DNA of 64,000 bases, taken from positions 2,812 through 66,811 of the forward strand of contig QKGS01000040.1 of NCBI GenBank assembly GCA_003250355.1, given 5' to 3'. This document shows positions 47,583 to 57,662 of the stretch, in pieces; within the stretch, counting starts at the first letter, position 1, and every line of letters begins with the position of its first letter. The position numbers were made by a program, and so were the translations under genes. Below the pieces are notes generated by a model, which made no database searches, had not been told where the DNA came from, and worked only from the letters and a program-made list of their open reading frames with translations. The DNA is from Bacteroidota bacterium (GTDB taxonomy: Bacteria > Bacteroidota > Bacteroidia > Bacteroidales > SZUA-534).

Positions 47583-49100
47583 CTACTCAAATTCTACTTT
47601 TAAAATTGTAGCTATACTATTCATTTCATCAGTATCGGGGGTAGTAAATTTTAATATTTCACCTTCTTGTTTCCATATTGGTTCATAGTTGCTGCCAAGT
47701 AACGACACATAATTTATAACCTTATTATTGTCCGACAAAATATGTTCCAGTTCTATTTCTGTATTGGCCTGGGGCATTCCTAGAAAGAAAACATACAGGG
47801 TTTTGCCATCTTTCGATTTTGTAAAGCGGATATCATTAGCGGTAAAATGTTGTGTGGCCGATTGCCCTTCACCTTGAAAGCCCTCTTTTATTTCAGCTAT
47901 TCCATATCCGAAAATATTATGAGTTCTGGTATTATACACAGCTTCGCCATATTCTGAAAGCCAGTCGCCTAATTCCATAAGAACTTTTTGCTGCTGTTCA
48001 TTTATCACCCCTTCGGCAGTTGGCGACACATTTAAAAGAACAATACCTTTTTTGCTCCATACATCTATCATATTGCGAAGTAACATATCGAGTGTTTTAT
48101 AAGTCTGACCCTGAATATACGACCAGCTTTCATTGCTTATAGTAATGTCGGTCATCCAATAGTCGGGTGACATTTCGGTCATACCTGCCTGTTCCATATC
48201 TAGCACCCCAACATTGCGAGGCAAATCGTGTTGCTTGTACATTACCAACGGTTCTTGTCCGTTGTTTACTCCATTATTAAACATGGTTGCAACCATTTTT
48301 ATACGGTAGCTCTCCGGTATTTCATCGAGCCATGCGTCGAACCAAATCATATCGGGGTTATAGCCTTCAACCACCTCTTTAATTTGAGCTAACCAGTATT
48401 CATTAAATTCGGCAGAATCAATATTGCCATATAAATATTTCAGGCTGTCGTTAGTTGACGATGTTGCGTAATTGGGGTTATATGGGAAATGACTGTTCCA
48501 GCCTCCCCATTGTAATGAATCGGACGAATATCGCTGTAAGTTTCTTGCATGGTGAAATGTTGCTATGGTTTTCATATCGCGCTTTTCGAGTTCAGCAAAT
48601 ATCTCTCCTAAAACATCACGCTCAGGGCCCATATCTTTTGAGTTCCACATATTTATGTTACTGTTCCACATTGCAAAGCCATCGTGATGTTGGGCTACAG
48701 GCCCTGCAAATTTTGCACCTGCTTTTTCAAAGAGGTCAACCCATTCGGAAGCATCAAATTTTTCGGCTTTGAACATGGGTATAAAATCGTGATAGTCGAA
48801 ATTATCACCATACGTTTTCTTGTGATATTCATATATTCCCTTGCCCCACCCTTCGGGGTCTTTCATGTACATCCAGCGCGGATACCACTCATTGCCATAA
48901 GCCGGAACACAGTAAGGCCCCCAATGGAAGTAAATACCCAGTTTTGCATCGGCAAACCATTCAGGCTCTTTATTGTTCTTCGATAGCGACTCCCACGACT
49001 CTTCATAAACAGGTGCTTTTTCACTTTTTGGGCTGTCATTACTGCACGATGCAAGTGATATACAAGCTATTACTCCCAATATTATTTTGCTGATTTTCAT
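47583..49100 (-). CDS. Alpha-L-fucosidase, GH29, lipoprotein
   Basis: PEWF.DAKLGIYFHWG, HHDGFAMW, PDMIWFD, LLNVSP, GEAVY.TR; lipobox LASC. Confidence 0.92.
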   Translation of the reverse strand: MKISKIILGVIACISLASCSNDSPKSEKAPVYEESWESLSKNNKEPEWFADAKLGIYFHWGPYCVPAYGNEWYPRWMYMKDPEGWGKGIYEYHKKTYGDNFDYHDFIPMFKAEKFDASEWVDLFEKAGAKFAGPVAQHHDGFAMWNSNINMWNSKDMGPERDVLGEIFAELEKRDMKTIATFHHARNLQRYSSDSLQWGGWNSHFPYNPNYATSSTNDSLKYLYGNIDSAEFNEYWLAQIKEVVEGYNPDMIWFDAWLDEIPESYRIKMVATMFNNGVNNGQEPLVMYKQHDLPRNVGVLDMEQAGMTEMSPDYWMTDITISNESWSYIQGQTYKTLDMLLRNMIDVWSKKGIVLLNVSPTAEGVINEQQQKVLMELGDWLSEYGEAVYNTRTHNIFGYGIAEIKEGFQGEGQSATQHFTANDIRFTKSKDGKTLYVFFLGMPQANTEIELEHILSDNNKVINYVSLLGSNYEPIWKQEGEILKFTTPDTDEMNSIATILKVEFE

Positions 49101-49218
49101 ATCTGATTATTTTATTTTTCATATAAATGCAAAAGCATTTTATCTGCTGCGATGTTACTAAAATTATAACCCTGAAACAATTAAGTTTATTAGCTTTTGT
49201 CATGTATATTAATACTTT

Positions 49219-49329
49219 CGTAAATTTTTTTACCATATTGTGTAAACTATTTTTACATATTAGCCTTAAGTAAAAACAAATAAACCGCACAATATCAGGG
49301 CAATGAGTATTTTGGCATAGACATTGAAT
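49219..49329 (+). promoter_or_regulatory. Sigma54 promoter with upstream activator palindromes
   Basis: TGGCATAGACATTGAAT (49313-49329); TGTAAACTATTTTTACA (49241-49257); weaker site near 49219-49234. Confidence 0.7.
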
Positions 49330-49367
49330 CCTTTTGACAGAGTAATTATGTTTAATTTTACAACTCT

Positions 49368-51740
49368 ATGATATTTAAATTCATTATTAGAAATATAAAG
49401 AAACACTCTTTTCTTAATTCGGTAAAAGTGTTTGGATTGAGCCTGGCTTTTATAGGTATTTTATTTATAGTACTGTTAATTAAATATGAAACATCATACG
49501 ATAAACATTTTCATAACTCTGATAACATATACCGTTTATCGATAAGTAATCCTGACTTTTTGGGAGGGAAGCATTTTGCCCGAATATTTCAGCCGTACTT
49601 TATTCCCGATATAAAAGAGAATTTTTCCGATGTGCAAAATTATGTTAGACTTTCGCCAATACGTGGTGGCGTATTGAAACATAACAGACAGTTTTACTCA
49701 ATAACTCAGGCATATGAGTGCGACAGTATGTTTTTATCGGTATTTAAACCGGTACTGCACGAGGGGAGACTTGCAACAGCATTTAATAATCCGAATGCTA
49801 TAATTATTTCCCAAGCATTTTCAACGAAGGTATTTGGTTCAGAAAGTGCTATTGGGAAAACAATTACATTACCCGAAGGACAATTTAATGAAAGGGAGAA
49901 GGTATTTACGGTTACCGGAGTTATGAAAGATTTCCCGAATAATACGCATTTCCACCCCGATGTTATAACTAATACCTTTGCAGACCATGCAAATAATTGG
50001 GGTTGGACATATTTGCTTGTCAATAATAATGCGGATATTACTAATCTTGAGACCAAACTATCGGCTTACGTTTCTGAACTATTTGGCAAACAGGTAGATA
50101 TGGGAGTTGGTGTTCATTTGCAAAATATTACCGACATCCATTTGTACTCGCATAAGCTTAGAGAAATAGAGGCCAACGGAAACATTGCAAATGTATATGT
50201 GCTTGCAATAGCAGTATTGGTTTTGCTTCTTATTGCATTGAGCAATTATGCCAATTTGAATGCCGGTATGTCTGGTTTTGCTGCAAGCTGGCTTGGGATT
50301 AACAAAATTATAGGAGCCCCGAAAAAACTGGCCACAAAATACTACTTGTTGGAAGGGGCATTACTGCTATTGTTCACATTAATAATTTCGGTAATACCTA
50401 TAATAATAGTAAATAGGTTATTTATAAAAGCATACCATATAAACCTGATTAACGGCAACTTATCATATATATTGGTTATGGTATCATTATTTGTAACAAT
50501 ATGCTTGTTAATAAGCATATTGACGGCATTGAAATATGTGGGTTCGCAAGCTATATCAAAAGTGTACAGACTAAAAAAAGGTGTATCGGTAAACCATGGA
50601 ATAATTGTTGCTCAATATGCTCTTACTATTTCATTGTTAGTTTCGGTATTGGTTATAGTTCGGCAAACACATTTTTCGTTATCGCATAGTATGGGCAACC
50701 AAAGCGATAATATAATTTGTATTCCGTCGATACATCAGAATTTGCAACAAAAATTTGCCGTGTTTAAACAAGAGCTACTTAAAAATAATGTAATAGAATA
50801 TGTAACCGGAATGCAGGAAGAAGCCGGAGGAGAAGCAAATGATGCATTTCCATTTAAAATGGAGGGTTACCAACCTAAAGAAGGTGAATATGACCATATA
50901 GGTATTTTCGCATGCGATTATTCATTTCCTGAGTTATTTAACTTGACTTTCTTAGCCGGTAATACTTTTTCTGCAAACAATAGTGAAACCGATGGTGAGT
51001 ACATAATTAACAAGTCGGCGGCTATTCGGTTGGGATATAGTAATGCAGTTGAAATAATAGGTAAGCAATTTCAACTCATATTTGAGTATGGCGATATTAA
51101 TTTGCCTAACGGCAAAATAATTGGTGTTGTAGATGATTTTCACCTTTCAAGTACAAGGAAAAAGATAGAGCCACTGGTACTGTTCAAGCGGGAGAGCCTG
51201 TGGCTTATGAACTATGCTGTGTCATATAAGCCCAATCAGAGAGCCGAAGCAATTAAGTATATTCGGGACACTTGGAATAGTATGTTCCCTAATTATCCTT
51301 TCTACTATGAAGATGTAAATGCTATGTACAGAAATATTTACAAACCTGAATTAATACAAGCCCGACTATTAAGCATTTTTACAATAGTTGCCATTATAAT
51401 TTGTTCAATGGGGTTATTAGGAATATCGCTACTAACAGCACAAAATCGCACAAAGGAGATAGGTGTTCGTAAAGTGAACGGAGCTACTACCCAAGAAATA
51501 CTATTAATGCTTAACACAAAATATGCTAAACTTGTAATAATTGCATTTATTATTGCCTCTCCTATATCATATTATGCAATGTTGCGATGGTTAGATAATT
51601 TTGTTTATAAAACAAACATAAGCTGGGGGTTATTTGCTGTATCAGGAGTTGTAACTATGTTTATTGCTTTACTTACGGTAAGCCGGCAATCGTACAAAGC
51701 TGCAAGCAAAAATCCGGTTGAGGCATTACGATATGAGTAA
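49368..51740 (+). CDS. MacB/FtsX-like ABC transporter permease
   Basis: Two periplasmic MacB domains, RTKEIGVRKVNGA, ends NPVEALRYE. Confidence 0.93.
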   Translation: MIFKFIIRNIKKHSFLNSVKVFGLSLAFIGILFIVLLIKYETSYDKHFHNSDNIYRLSISNPDFLGGKHFARIFQPYFIPDIKENFSDVQNYVRLSPIRGGVLKHNRQFYSITQAYECDSMFLSVFKPVLHEGRLATAFNNPNAIIISQAFSTKVFGSESAIGKTITLPEGQFNEREKVFTVTGVMKDFPNNTHFHPDVITNTFADHANNWGWTYLLVNNNADITNLETKLSAYVSELFGKQVDMGVGVHLQNITDIHLYSHKLREIEANGNIANVYVLAIAVLVLLLIALSNYANLNAGMSGFAASWLGINKIIGAPKKLATKYYLLEGALLLLFTLIISVIPIIIVNRLFIKAYHINLINGNLSYILVMVSLFVTICLLISILTALKYVGSQAISKVYRLKKGVSVNHGIIVAQYALTISLLVSVLVIVRQTHFSLSHSMGNQSDNIICIPSIHQNLQQKFAVFKQELLKNNVIEYVTGMQEEAGGEANDAFPFKMEGYQPKEGEYDHIGIFACDYSFPELFNLTFLAGNTFSANNSETDGEYIINKSAAIRLGYSNAVEIIGKQFQLIFEYGDINLPNGKIIGVVDDFHLSSTRKKIEPLVLFKRESLWLMNYAVSYKPNQRAEAIKYIRDTWNSMFPNYPFYYEDVNAMYRNIYKPELIQARLLSIFTIVAIIICSMGLLGISLLTAQNRTKEIGVRKVNGATTQEILLMLNTKYAKLVIIAFIIASPISYYAMLRWLDNFVYKTNISWGLFAVSGVVTMFIALLTVSRQSYKAASKNPVEALRYE

Positions 51741-51886
51741 GTTAGAAGGGAAACCGGTGACATGATAAAATATTGTGCAAAGAGTTTTAAATGAAATCGC
51801 CCTATCATTTCGATATAATTTTCCCAAACATATGTAATTTTACCATAATGCGGAAATATCATATATCTCAATGTATTCTTTTTCTG

Positions 51887-54265
51887 CTACTCGTACCGAA
51901 GAGCTTCGACCGGATTTCTGGTTGCTGCTTTCAAGCTCTTTTTGCTTACTGTCAGCAGAGCTATAACAAGTACAATAAATCCGGCTAAAGCAAATATCCA
52001 CCAGCTTATGTTTGTTTTATAAGCAAAGCTTTCAAGCCATTTGTTCATAACGAAATACGATACAGGGAATGCCAGTATAAATGCTAAAGCAAGCCACTTT
52101 ATAAAACCGGAGTTGAGCATCAGCATTACATCGGCTATGCGGGCACCATTAACCTTACGTACTCCTATCTCCTTAGTACGACTGTTTATAATCATGGTGC
52201 TTAATCCGAATAAACCTATGCAGGCTATGAGTATAGCTATAGCTGAGAATAGTTTTATTTCATTCGAATACCTAATCCATGTATTGAATTGTGAGTTGTA
52301 GTGTTCATCGAGCCAGAAATAGCTGAATACATTGCCGGGATGGATATTTGCCCATATATTTTCTAATTCATTTATTGTTTGTTCAGGGTCTGATGATTCA
52401 ATTTTTACAAAACAATATCCGCGGGCATGATTCCATAAAGAGAATAATAAAGGTTCAACCGGAACATCGGCCGATTGTTGGTGAAAGTCTTCTATTACTC
52501 CAATTATTTTACGGTTTTCACCTTTATGTTGCCAATAAATATCTTTCCCGATAGCATTTTCGGCAGATGAAAATCCATATAGCCTTAGTAGTGTTTCGTT
52601 TATTATTACAGCTTTATTATCAGTTGAGAAATCTTTTGAAAAGTTTCTGCCTGCAATAATTTTATGATTAAGCATGGTGATATAATCGTAACCTACAAAA
52701 TTCATCCGGGTCATTATGTTTTCAAAGCGTGTTTGTCCCGAAAGTCTTGTGGGCATAAATGAAGCTATTTTGCTCCCCGGAACATAACTTGCTGAACTTA
52801 TCCTTCCTACTCCCGGAACTTTTAAAGCTTCTTGTTTAAATATTTCTCTATCAATATAAATATCTCCTTTAGCAGAAGTATTTGCGCTGTTCAATGTAAG
52901 CACTTGTCCGGTAGTCATTCCGGTATTTATTTTCATCAATGCGTTAACTTGTTTTGTTGAAATAATTGCAAAGCATATAAGTACAACAGAAGCAGTAAAC
53001 TGAGCAATAAGAAGCGATAACCAAAGCGATTGTTTCCCCTGACCTTTTTCATTCTTTTTGTACAGCATATTTACTATTTTCTGTCTGTTGAGCATATTGT
53101 GAACAGAAAGGCTTACTAATAATACTCCTGCAAATTGGAATAGTATTATGGTCAACCAAAATATTAGTGCATGGTAATTTGAAAGATGAATAAATCGGCC
53201 TGTAATATTTTCATATACAGGCAGTAAGCTAAAATATAGTATTGTAGATATTACAAAAGCAACAATGTTTATAACCAGGAGATTCCTGAACAGGTAAAAC
53301 CAAATACTTTTGCCGGTAGCTCCTAATGCTTTTTTTACACCTATTTGTTTGCTGTTTTTAATACTGTCACCAATATTTATATTTATCATATTAAGCCATG
53401 CAATGAACATTATTATAAATGCAATTGCCAGTCGGATATTAACCTGAGAAGCGTCAGTATTATTGTCCATGAAATTTGTTTTACCATTAAGGTGAATTTC
53501 TTTAAGCTTATATAAACTATATTCAGCATCTTCACTGTAATATTCACGTGCACCGTTAGCATTTGCAACTCCGGCAAGGTCTTTATTAAAAATATTGGTT
53601 TCTACCGGATGCGATGATTTAAAATATGTATAGAAATTTCCCCATTGCCATGGGCTTATTCCTCCACTGTACATTTCATGTTTTAAAATGTTTCCTATGG
53701 AGAATAGAATATCGGTTTTTAAGTGACTGTTAAAGGGAATATCTTCAAAAACAGCAGCAACAGTATATACTATATTGTGTTCGTAAGCACCGTTTACATT
53801 AAAGGTTTTTCCAATCGGGTTTTCATTGCCGAAAAATTGTTTGGCCTTAGACTCTGATATTACTGCCTTGTTCACCGAATTAAGAGCCTCTGCTGCATTG
53901 CCCTGTATAACATTGAATGTTAATAATTCAAATATAGAACCATCGGCAAAATACACTTGATTATCAAAGAATGCTTCTTTGTTTAATATTATTGACACTC
54001 CGCGGTAGCAAGGGTGCAGGCGGGCATAGTTTTCAATATAACTTAGGTTTTCTTTAGCCAATATTCCTTCATGCATAGGGCCTGTACCTTCTGTACGAAA
54101 TATCAGACTACTATTTTTATGAAATGAATCGAAACTGTGTTCGTATATTGAGTATCCAAATATGAACATACAAGCCAGTAAAGCCAGTGTCATCCCCAAC
54201 ATCTGAATGACTGATGACTGGTTGTTTATTTTAAGTTTTCGTAGTATCATTTTTTGTTCTGGCAT
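51887..54265 (-). CDS. MacB/FtsX-like ABC transporter permease
   Basis: Same architecture, RTKEIGVRKVNGA, ends NPVEALRYE. Confidence 0.93.
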   Translation of the reverse strand: MPEQKMILRKLKINNQSSVIQMLGMTLALLACMFIFGYSIYEHSFDSFHKNSSLIFRTEGTGPMHEGILAKENLSYIENYARLHPCYRGVSIILNKEAFFDNQVYFADGSIFELLTFNVIQGNAAEALNSVNKAVISESKAKQFFGNENPIGKTFNVNGAYEHNIVYTVAAVFEDIPFNSHLKTDILFSIGNILKHEMYSGGISPWQWGNFYTYFKSSHPVETNIFNKDLAGVANANGAREYYSEDAEYSLYKLKEIHLNGKTNFMDNNTDASQVNIRLAIAFIIMFIAWLNMININIGDSIKNSKQIGVKKALGATGKSIWFYLFRNLLVINIVAFVISTILYFSLLPVYENITGRFIHLSNYHALIFWLTIILFQFAGVLLVSLSVHNMLNRQKIVNMLYKKNEKGQGKQSLWLSLLIAQFTASVVLICFAIISTKQVNALMKINTGMTTGQVLTLNSANTSAKGDIYIDREIFKQEALKVPGVGRISSASYVPGSKIASFMPTRLSGQTRFENIMTRMNFVGYDYITMLNHKIIAGRNFSKDFSTDNKAVIINETLLRLYGFSSAENAIGKDIYWQHKGENRKIIGVIEDFHQQSADVPVEPLLFSLWNHARGYCFVKIESSDPEQTINELENIWANIHPGNVFSYFWLDEHYNSQFNTWIRYSNEIKLFSAIAILIACIGLFGLSTMIINSRTKEIGVRKVNGARIADVMLMLNSGFIKWLALAFILAFPVSYFVMNKWLESFAYKTNISWWIFALAGFIVLVIALLTVSKKSLKAATRNPVEALRYE

Positions 54266-54332
54266 TTATTTAATTTAAATGTACTTCCTGAATTGTTGCC
54301 GGAATTAATTCAATCTGTATTACATTTATAGT

Positions 54333-54443
54333 AATCATAAGCTATGCCATTTTTTTTTAATTTCTGTAAATCAGAGCATTGGCATATATTTTTTTTATAG
54401 AATGTAAAAATATTTTACAAGAGAAAGTTAAAATATTACACAG
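54333..54443 (-). promoter_or_regulatory. Sigma54 promoter with upstream activator palindromes
   Basis: Minus-strand TGGCATAGCTTATGATT (54349-54333); TGTAAAAATATTTTACA (54403-54419); degenerate second site 54427-54443. Confidence 0.65.
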
Positions 54444-54532
54444 AAAATCTATTTGAATAACTCTTATCATTGATGCTATGATTTTTCACATCTCTGTGAG
54501 ACAAGTATTGGAACAAGTAAGCATTCTACTCT

Positions 54533-55879
54533 TTATACACTCAACGTAACCACAGTTCCCTTACCTACTTCCGATCGTATATTTATCTGTCCGCCATGAA
54601 GTTTCATTATCTGTTTTGAAAGGCTCAGGCCAATGCCGTTGCCATCTTCATTGGTAGTGTAAAATGGTACAAATACCTTGTCAATATCTTCCGGAGCTAT
54701 TCCCTTACCTGTATCGGAAATATTGAATACCGTTTTGCCATCGTCAGATGTATGTACATTAATACCTATTGTTCCACTTTCGTAAATAGCGTTGTAAGAG
54801 TTCTTTACCAGATTTATAATTACCTGATTCAACAGCTTTTTATCAGCTGTAATGAAATTGCAGTTTGCAGCCAGAGTTATATTCAAATCAATGGCTTTGT
54901 CCTTAACTATTTCAAGCAGTAATAATTTTAGTTCAGAAAGCCAGTCGTGCAGAATTATCTTCTCAATCTTTGGTTCAGGAACCTTATTCAGCTGACGGAA
55001 ATTTTCAACAAAACTCATAAGCCCCTTGCTCATATCGTCAATTACACTCAACCCTTTAACTGTGTTATTTATAGTGCGTTCGTCGAGTTCGGCAGGCTGC
55101 TTTATACTCTCTCCTGAAGAAAAATACGATGTTAATTTTTGTGCAAGCGATGTGATTGGCGCAATGGAATTCATTATCTCGTGAGTAATAACCCTGAAAA
55201 GCTTATGCCACGATTCCAGTTCCTGCTCATCGAGTTCGCGTGAAATATCTTGTAGTGATACTACCTTGAAAAGTGATTCCCGATACTTAATTTCCGCTAA
55301 GGAAACCGATAGTACATAGAGTTGCTCATTACGTTGAATCCGGTGAATACGCTTTTCGCCGGGCTTTAAACTTTTAATAATCTGATATAGCTGAGGGTCG
55401 TTCTCCCTGAGTCTGTTCAGGTTCGATGTATGCTCAATATCAAGGTATTTACGAGCATTCCGGTTCAGAACCTCAAAACTCCCCGATTCATCAATAGTTA
55501 TAAACCCTCCCGATGTATTTTCAATCAGAGTTTTCAAAAGCTGTTCGTTATACCCTATCTCAATTTTGGTTTTCTTAAGTTTTTCATTTAAAAATGAAAG
55601 ACTAGCATAAAGTTCATCGATAGTATTGCTCCTTATATCTTTTGGCAACAGAACAGATGTATCATCGTTACGGATAGAATCAATGAAATAAGCCATCCGC
55701 CTGTTGGTTTTATTCAGATAGCGTACAAGCAGATATACTTCAAAAGCAAGCAAAGGAGTTGTAAGCATAAGAATTGAAAAGCTTTCTTTTACCGAAACCT
55801 GATAACCTGCCCCTATACATGTTCCTGCTATTACAAGAACATAGAATACTATATTCAGTAACAGGTTTTTAGACATCAT
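54533..55879 (-). CDS. NtrB-like sensor histidine kinase (PAS, HisKA, HATPase)
   Basis: RVITHEIMNSIAPI, NLVKNS, FVPFYTT, GNGIGL. Confidence 0.93.
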   Translation of the reverse strand: MMSKNLLLNIVFYVLVIAGTCIGAGYQVSVKESFSILMLTTPLLAFEVYLLVRYLNKTNRRMAYFIDSIRNDDTSVLLPKDIRSNTIDELYASLSFLNEKLKKTKIEIGYNEQLLKTLIENTSGGFITIDESGSFEVLNRNARKYLDIEHTSNLNRLRENDPQLYQIIKSLKPGEKRIHRIQRNEQLYVLSVSLAEIKYRESLFKVVSLQDISRELDEQELESWHKLFRVITHEIMNSIAPITSLAQKLTSYFSSGESIKQPAELDERTINNTVKGLSVIDDMSKGLMSFVENFRQLNKVPEPKIEKIILHDWLSELKLLLLEIVKDKAIDLNITLAANCNFITADKKLLNQVIINLVKNSYNAIYESGTIGINVHTSDDGKTVFNISDTGKGIAPEDIDKVFVPFYTTNEDGNGIGLSLSKQIMKLHGGQINIRSEVGKGTVVTLSV

Positions 55880-57230
55880 ATTTCTTAAGCTTATTGTAAA
55901 GTGTCTGGCGTGTAACTCCTAGTTGTTTTGCCGCAAGGCTCAAATTCCCGTCATGCTTTTCTATGGAATCATTTATAAGTTGTTTTTCCATTTCTTCAAG
56001 AGTAAGCGGCACATTTGAGCGTGTACTTCCTGTACTTTTAAAGAAAAAGCTATCGGGCGATATTGTATTTGAATCGCTCAGAATAACGGCCTTCTCTATA
56101 GTATGTTCAAGCTCACGGACATTGCCGGGCCAATGATATTTTTTTAACTTTTTAAGCGTCGCAGAACTAAGTTCACGGCAGTTTTTCATATACTTTGAGC
56201 AATACCTTTTCAGAAAATGGTGTGCCAGCAATTCAATATCATCCTCCCTATCTCTTAAAGGTGGCAGCTCTACGTTTATTGTATTTATCCTGTACAAAAG
56301 GTCTTCGCGGAAACGGTTTTCTGCTATCATTTTATCAATATCGCAGTTTGTTGCAGTTATCAGGCGGATATCTACTGGTATTTCCTTATTGGAACCTACC
56401 GGAGTTATGGTTCTGGTTTGCAATGCAACCAACAGTTTCGACTGCACTGACAACGGAATATTTCCCAACTCATCTAAAAACAGTGTCCCTTTATGAGCAA
56501 GCTGAAACTTACCTACTCTGTCTTCACGGGCATCGGTAAATGCCCCTTTTTTATGACCGAATAGTTCGCTTTCAATAAGTGTTTCAGGTAATGCGCTCAC
56601 ATCAACAGTTACAAGCAGCTCATTGGCTCTGAGCGACTGACGGTGAATTTCACGGGCTATTACCTCCTTGCCCGTTCCGTTTTCACCGGTTATCAGAATA
56701 TTGGCATCGGTTTTTGCAACTTTACTTACAAGCTGCTTTATTTTCAGCATTGAGGGCGAACTGCCAATAAGTATCTGCGATTCTTTATTTATCTCTTTTC
56801 TAAGCGATTTTTCTTTCGTCTCCAGCTCGCTCACTTTCTTGTTGCTCATTCTTAGCTTCAGTGCCGAATTGAGTGTTGCAATAAGTTTGCTGTTGTCCCA
56901 TGGTTTGAGTACAAAATCGCAAGCTCCCTCTTTTAAAGCTTTTACGGCAAGTTCCACATCGCCATAGGCTGTAAATAATACTACTTCTATGGTTTTGTCG
57001 TATTTTTTTATCTCGTTGAGCCAGAATATCCCTTCATTTCCGTTAGCCATTCCGGCCGTATAGTTCATATCGAGCAATACAACATCAATGCTGTTGGTTT
57101 GCAGTGTTGAAACCAATGTTTTAGGATTGTTCAAAGTGATTATTTCTTCAAACTCATCTTGTAAAAGAAGGTCAAGTGCATTCAGCACATTCTTTTTGTC
57201 ATCTACTATTAATACAGTACCCTTTGCCAT
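55869..57230 (-). CDS. Sigma54-dependent NtrC-family response regulator
   Basis: REC (LLDMN), GENGTGKE, GAFTDA, FLDE, WPGNVREL, Fis-type HTH. Confidence 0.96.
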   Translation of the reverse strand: MAKGTVLIVDDKKNVLNALDLLLQDEFEEIITLNNPKTLVSTLQTNSIDVVLLDMNYTAGMANGNEGIFWLNEIKKYDKTIEVVLFTAYGDVELAVKALKEGACDFVLKPWDNSKLIATLNSALKLRMSNKKVSELETKEKSLRKEINKESQILIGSSPSMLKIKQLVSKVAKTDANILITGENGTGKEVIAREIHRQSLRANELLVTVDVSALPETLIESELFGHKKGAFTDAREDRVGKFQLAHKGTLFLDELGNIPLSVQSKLLVALQTRTITPVGSNKEIPVDIRLITATNCDIDKMIAENRFREDLLYRINTINVELPPLRDREDDIELLAHHFLKRYCSKYMKNCRELSSATLKKLKKYHWPGNVRELEHTIEKAVILSDSNTISPDSFFFKSTGSTRSNVPLTLEEMEKQLINDSIEKHDGNLSLAAKQLGVTRQTLYNKLKKYDV

Positions 57231-57239
57231 TTTAAATAT

Positions 57240-57335
57240 GGTTGAAAGGTTCAGGGTGGCAGGGTTTCAGGGTGGAAAACTCAATACAAAAATACTTCAA
57301 ACCCTGTTTCCTTGTTACCATGCTACCATGTAACC
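57240..57335. repeat. Inverted pair of degenerate 8-mer (RGGTNNCA) arrays
   Basis: GGT-type array 57240-57277 and complementary ACC-type array 57301-57335. Confidence 0.7.
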
Positions 57336-57383
57336 TTAATTGTTTTTCAAAATTACAACTCAAGCTTAAATCTTCCTCGCTTG

Positions 57384-57493
57384 TGTTAAAATATTTTACA
57401 CAAAAGTGTATAATGTTTTTACATTTTTCAAAAAACCACAATTGCTATCTAGTTGATTATATGATTATTATAGTTTTGGCACAGGGGTTGAAT
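57384..57493 (+). promoter_or_regulatory. Sigma54 promoter of the tolC operon with paired activator sites
   Basis: TGTTAAAATATTTTACA (57384-57400), TGTATAATGTTTTTACA (57407-57423), TGGCACAGGGGTTGAAT (57477-57493). Confidence 0.78.
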
Positions 57494-57520
57494 AAATTTT
57501 AACGAGTTTAGATTTAAAAT

Positions 57521-57638
57521 TCACCCTCCTTACCTTCCCGAAGTAAATTCGGGACAGGCTCCTCAAGGTAGGACTGTTCCAATTAAGCAGAAATGCAAAA
57601 TCGGAGGATGTGTCCCCTTGAGGGGACTATATGGGTGA
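57521..57638 (-). repeat. TIR-less copy of the MITE core palindromic element, with a 25-bp hairpin insertion
   Basis: Reverse complement matches 1790-1881 (TCACCC...TCCCCTCAAGGGGA...AATTGGAACAGTCCT.CCTTGAGG...GGAGGGTGA). Confidence 0.8.
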
Positions 57639-57662
57639 AAAACTTTATACTGAATAAATAAA

